Below are positions 61,857 through 64,000 of a stretch of 64,000 bases of DNA, in pieces. How positions within the stretch are numbered: position 1 is the stretch's first letter; each line of letters starts with the position of its first letter. Position numbers and translations under genes: made by a program. The notes beneath the pieces are model-generated. The model saw only the letters and a program-made list of their open reading frames with translations, ran no database searches and was not told the DNA's origin. Source of the stretch: a bacterium (GTDB lineage: Bacteria > Zhuqueibacterota > QNDG01); contig JAGGVB010000195.1 in assembly GCA_021158245.1 (NCBI GenBank), positions 265 through 64,264 on the forward strand, given 5' to 3'.

Positions 61857-62743
61857 AACATCAAGTACCGGTATGTATAACATGCGATATCGATCCTACA
61901 CCTGAAGCAGGCATTCAGGAGAAGATTAAAGCTGTTGAAAAGAGTGTAAATTTATTCAGTGAGTTCGGCATTAAATCTACGTTTTTCTGGGTTGCAAATG
62001 TAGCCGAAGAGTATAAATCTGTATTTAATAAACTTCTGAAGTCCGGCCATGAAATCGGGTGCCATGGGTTGAATCACGGCATGGAAGAAGAGTATTCAAC
62101 AATGGAAGAGAAGACGCAGAGAGATATGCTCTCTCAGGCAACAACAAAACTAAAGAAAATTACAGGCCAGGAGATCAAATCATTTAGAGGCCCGAGAGTA
62201 AAAACTTCGGAAATCACGCAGAAAATACTTGTGGAACTGGGATACAATGTAGATTCATCAGTCTGTTCACAACGTGTGGATTTTATAAGTTCCAATCTTA
62301 TAAATCCGGGCTGGATAAAAGCGCCGAGGCTTCCGTATCATCCGCATAAAAATAGTGCATTTAAAAAAGGGGAAGTACCCATACTTGTTGTTCCTGTTTC
62401 GGCTATTGTAATTCCCTTTATTTCAGGCTCTCTTTATACATTCGGCTTAAACTGGATGAAGGTGCTATTCAACTCTTTGTATGAAGAGTCGTTAATTACC
62501 GGAAAGCCTATAGTCTACCTTCTTCATCCAGCTGAATTTGCAAGAAAAGAAAAACCGGCAAGAAGAAAATTCTCAGTAAAGGTTGAGGGCTTTAAATTCA
62601 GAAGGTCATCTGTAATTTTTGAACAGAACATTAATAAACGGTATGAACTCAACAGAAAGTTATTTGAGTTTATGGCATTCCATAAAGGTATACGCTTTAT
62701 GACAACAGATCAATTCTCAGGAGGCTATGTTCATAAAAAATAG
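61853..62743 (+). CDS. Polysaccharide deacetylase family protein
   Basis: CITCDID, KSTFF, HEIGCHGLNH, SFRGP, VDSS, YLLHPAEF. Confidence 0.88.
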   Translation: MKHQVPVCITCDIDPTPEAGIQEKIKAVEKSVNLFSEFGIKSTFFWVANVAEEYKSVFNKLLKSGHEIGCHGLNHGMEEEYSTMEEKTQRDMLSQATTKLKKITGQEIKSFRGPRVKTSEITQKILVELGYNVDSSVCSQRVDFISSNLINPGWIKAPRLPYHPHKNSAFKKGEVPILVVPVSAIVIPFISGSLYTFGLNWMKVLFNSLYEESLITGKPIVYLLHPAEFARKEKPARRKFSVKVEGFKFRRSSVIFEQNINKRYELNRKLFEFMAFHKGIRFMTTDQFSGGYVHKK

Positions 62744-64000
62744 TGAAAATTTTATCGGAAGGCTGGGCCGGCTATCGCTTTACGGAATAACAGGCATTAT
62801 GCTGGGGATAATACTTTCTTCAGCTTTACTTGGTTATATCCCGCAGTTTACAGCAGGTCTTGCTTTTATGTTTGCTATAATTCCAATGATAGTAACCTGG
62901 CATTCCCATGCAAAGAAAGCTTTTGTTGCTCTCTTAATATTATCAATGGCACTTGTAATTGACAGAACTTTCAGCCTCCATCCGGAACATATGGAAGGAG
63001 CTAAAGGGTTTGTTTTGTCCATGCATGATATTGCACTATTGTTTGCACTTTTTGTATCTTTCTTTGAATCCATTCTTAAAAAAGATTTAAAAGTAATGTT
63101 TTTCCCAAGATATACACTGCCTCTTTTGGGAGTTGTTTTAATGTCAATACTTTCCATGAGCAAGGCTGTGGCAGTGAATTTCTCTTTTTATGAGCTTATT
63201 GAAATATTAAAGGCAATTTTTGTTTTTCTGTACATTGCAAACTACACTTACAAAGAAGAAAACTATAAATTTGTCATTACGTTTGTAATGATTGGGCTTG
63301 GTATAGAGATAATGTTTGTAATTATCGAAATTATTTCCGGTTCTCTGCATATTCCATTTCTTGCCACAAGAATGAATGAAGCTGCAGACGGTATCCGGCA
63401 GCAAGAGTATTACAGGGCAGGAGGTACTCTCGGAGGCGCCAACGGACTTGCATGGTACCTTGATTTTGTACTTCCCATAGCCTTGGCATTAACGTTTTAT
63501 AAAATAAAGAGTTTCCCGAGAATTTTAAGCTTTATTCTCACAGGAGGGGGGATTATAGCTCTTATTGCTACCTTTTCAAGGGGCGGCTGGGTAGGATTTA
63601 TTGTCGGCGGGTTTATGGTCTGGTATTTCTATATTCGTAATGCGGGCATTTTAAAAAAAATATTTTCAGTACTGACTTTTTTACTGATAATAGTTATGGC
63701 TGTAACTTTGATAGCTGGTACGGCAAATCCGATAAAAGAAAGATTAAGTGAAAATGACAAGGGCTCAGCCTATGTAAGAATTCCGCTTATGGTTGTCGCA
63801 TTGTCAATGATAAAGGCAAATCCTATAATTGGCGTAGGCCTTAATAATTATACTTTTGTCCATCAGAATTACGATTACGGAGTAGATAAAATTACAAGTT
63901 ACTATCCGGTACCTGTCCACAATTTTTTTCTGCAGCTTACCGGAGAAGTAGGAATCCCTGGGCTTCTGTTTTTCCTTTTATTTATAATTACTGTTTTTTA
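62727..64000 (+). CDS. O-antigen ligase/Wzy-family membrane protein (3' end outside window; absent from ORF track)
   Basis: Frame from ATG 62727, hydrophobic; RAGGTLGGANGLA, TFSRGGW, NPIIGVGLNNY, PVHNFFLQLTGEVGIPG. Confidence 0.88.
   Translation, partial: MFIKNSENFIGRLGRLSLYGITGIMLGIILSSALLGYIPQFTAGLAFMFAIIPMIVTWHSHAKKAFVALLILSMALVIDRTFSLHPEHMEGAKGFVLSMHDIALLFALFVSFFESILKKDLKVMFFPRYTLPLLGVVLMSILSMSKAVAVNFSFYELIEILKAIFVFLYIANYTYKEENYKFVITFVMIGLGIEIMFVIIEIISGSLHIPFLATRMNEAADGIRQQEYYRAGGTLGGANGLAWYLDFVLPIALALTFYKIKSFPRILSFILTGGGIIALIATFSRGGWVGFIVGGFMVWYFYIRNAGILKKIFSVLTFLLIIVMAVTLIAGTANPIKERLSENDKGSAYVRIPLMVVALSMIKANPIIGVGLNNYTFVHQNYDYGVDKITSYYPVPVHNFFLQLTGEVGIPGLLFFLLFIITVF

Noticed and set aside
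220-63404. Numerous short ORFs antisense or out of frame to real genes, including 60426-61208 (260 aa), 4251-4802 and 32791-33258
   Set aside because: Fully nested in well-supported CDSs, with no motifs or RBS; shadow ORFs
1-64000. CRISPR array, rRNA or prophage
   Set aside because: No regularly spaced repeats, rRNA-like sequence or phage hallmark genes seen

Overview
AT-rich bacterial chromosomal window. T9SS-type sorting domains, a PorV-family barrel and 6-bladed propeller lipoproteins suggest an FCB-related lineage such as KSB1/Calditrichota/Ignavibacteriota (inference). (1) 1-19.8 kb: an alpha-glucan utilisation locus with no SusD: LacI regulator, TonB-dependent receptor, a 1284-aa acidic-repeat secreted protein, a PorV-family barrel, a non-catalytic CBM20-like T9SS protein, GH13, GH31, an SSS symporter with a ~135-aa insertion, and MalQ. 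(2) 20-31.5 kb: GT2, COG2426, tRNA-Pro(CGG), S9 peptidase, two propeller lipoproteins flanking a DinJ-YafQ toxin-antitoxin pair, an OMP-barrel/CpoB fusion, a phosphoesterase and an ECF sigma/anti-sigma/DUF4252 operon. (3) 31.5-35.4 kb: a decay zone with an MMPL pseudogene, an internally deleted IS1380 and a RAYT remnant. (4) 35.5-48.5 kb: core genes (spoIID-like, prfB with an unusual CTT-TAA frameshift site, lysS, lolC/E, lolD, clpC), DUF362 and 4Fe-4S genes separated by a 172-bp MITE, a porin and cdsA. (5) 48.8-64 kb: an exopolysaccharide locus behind a candidate sigma54 promoter, with a pseudo-receiver regulator, Wzc and an unusual set of tailoring enzymes (ATP-grasp, PSD-like, formyltransferase, B12 radical SAM, FemAB, a circularly permuted deacetylase). 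All family calls come from reading motifs; no database searches were run.
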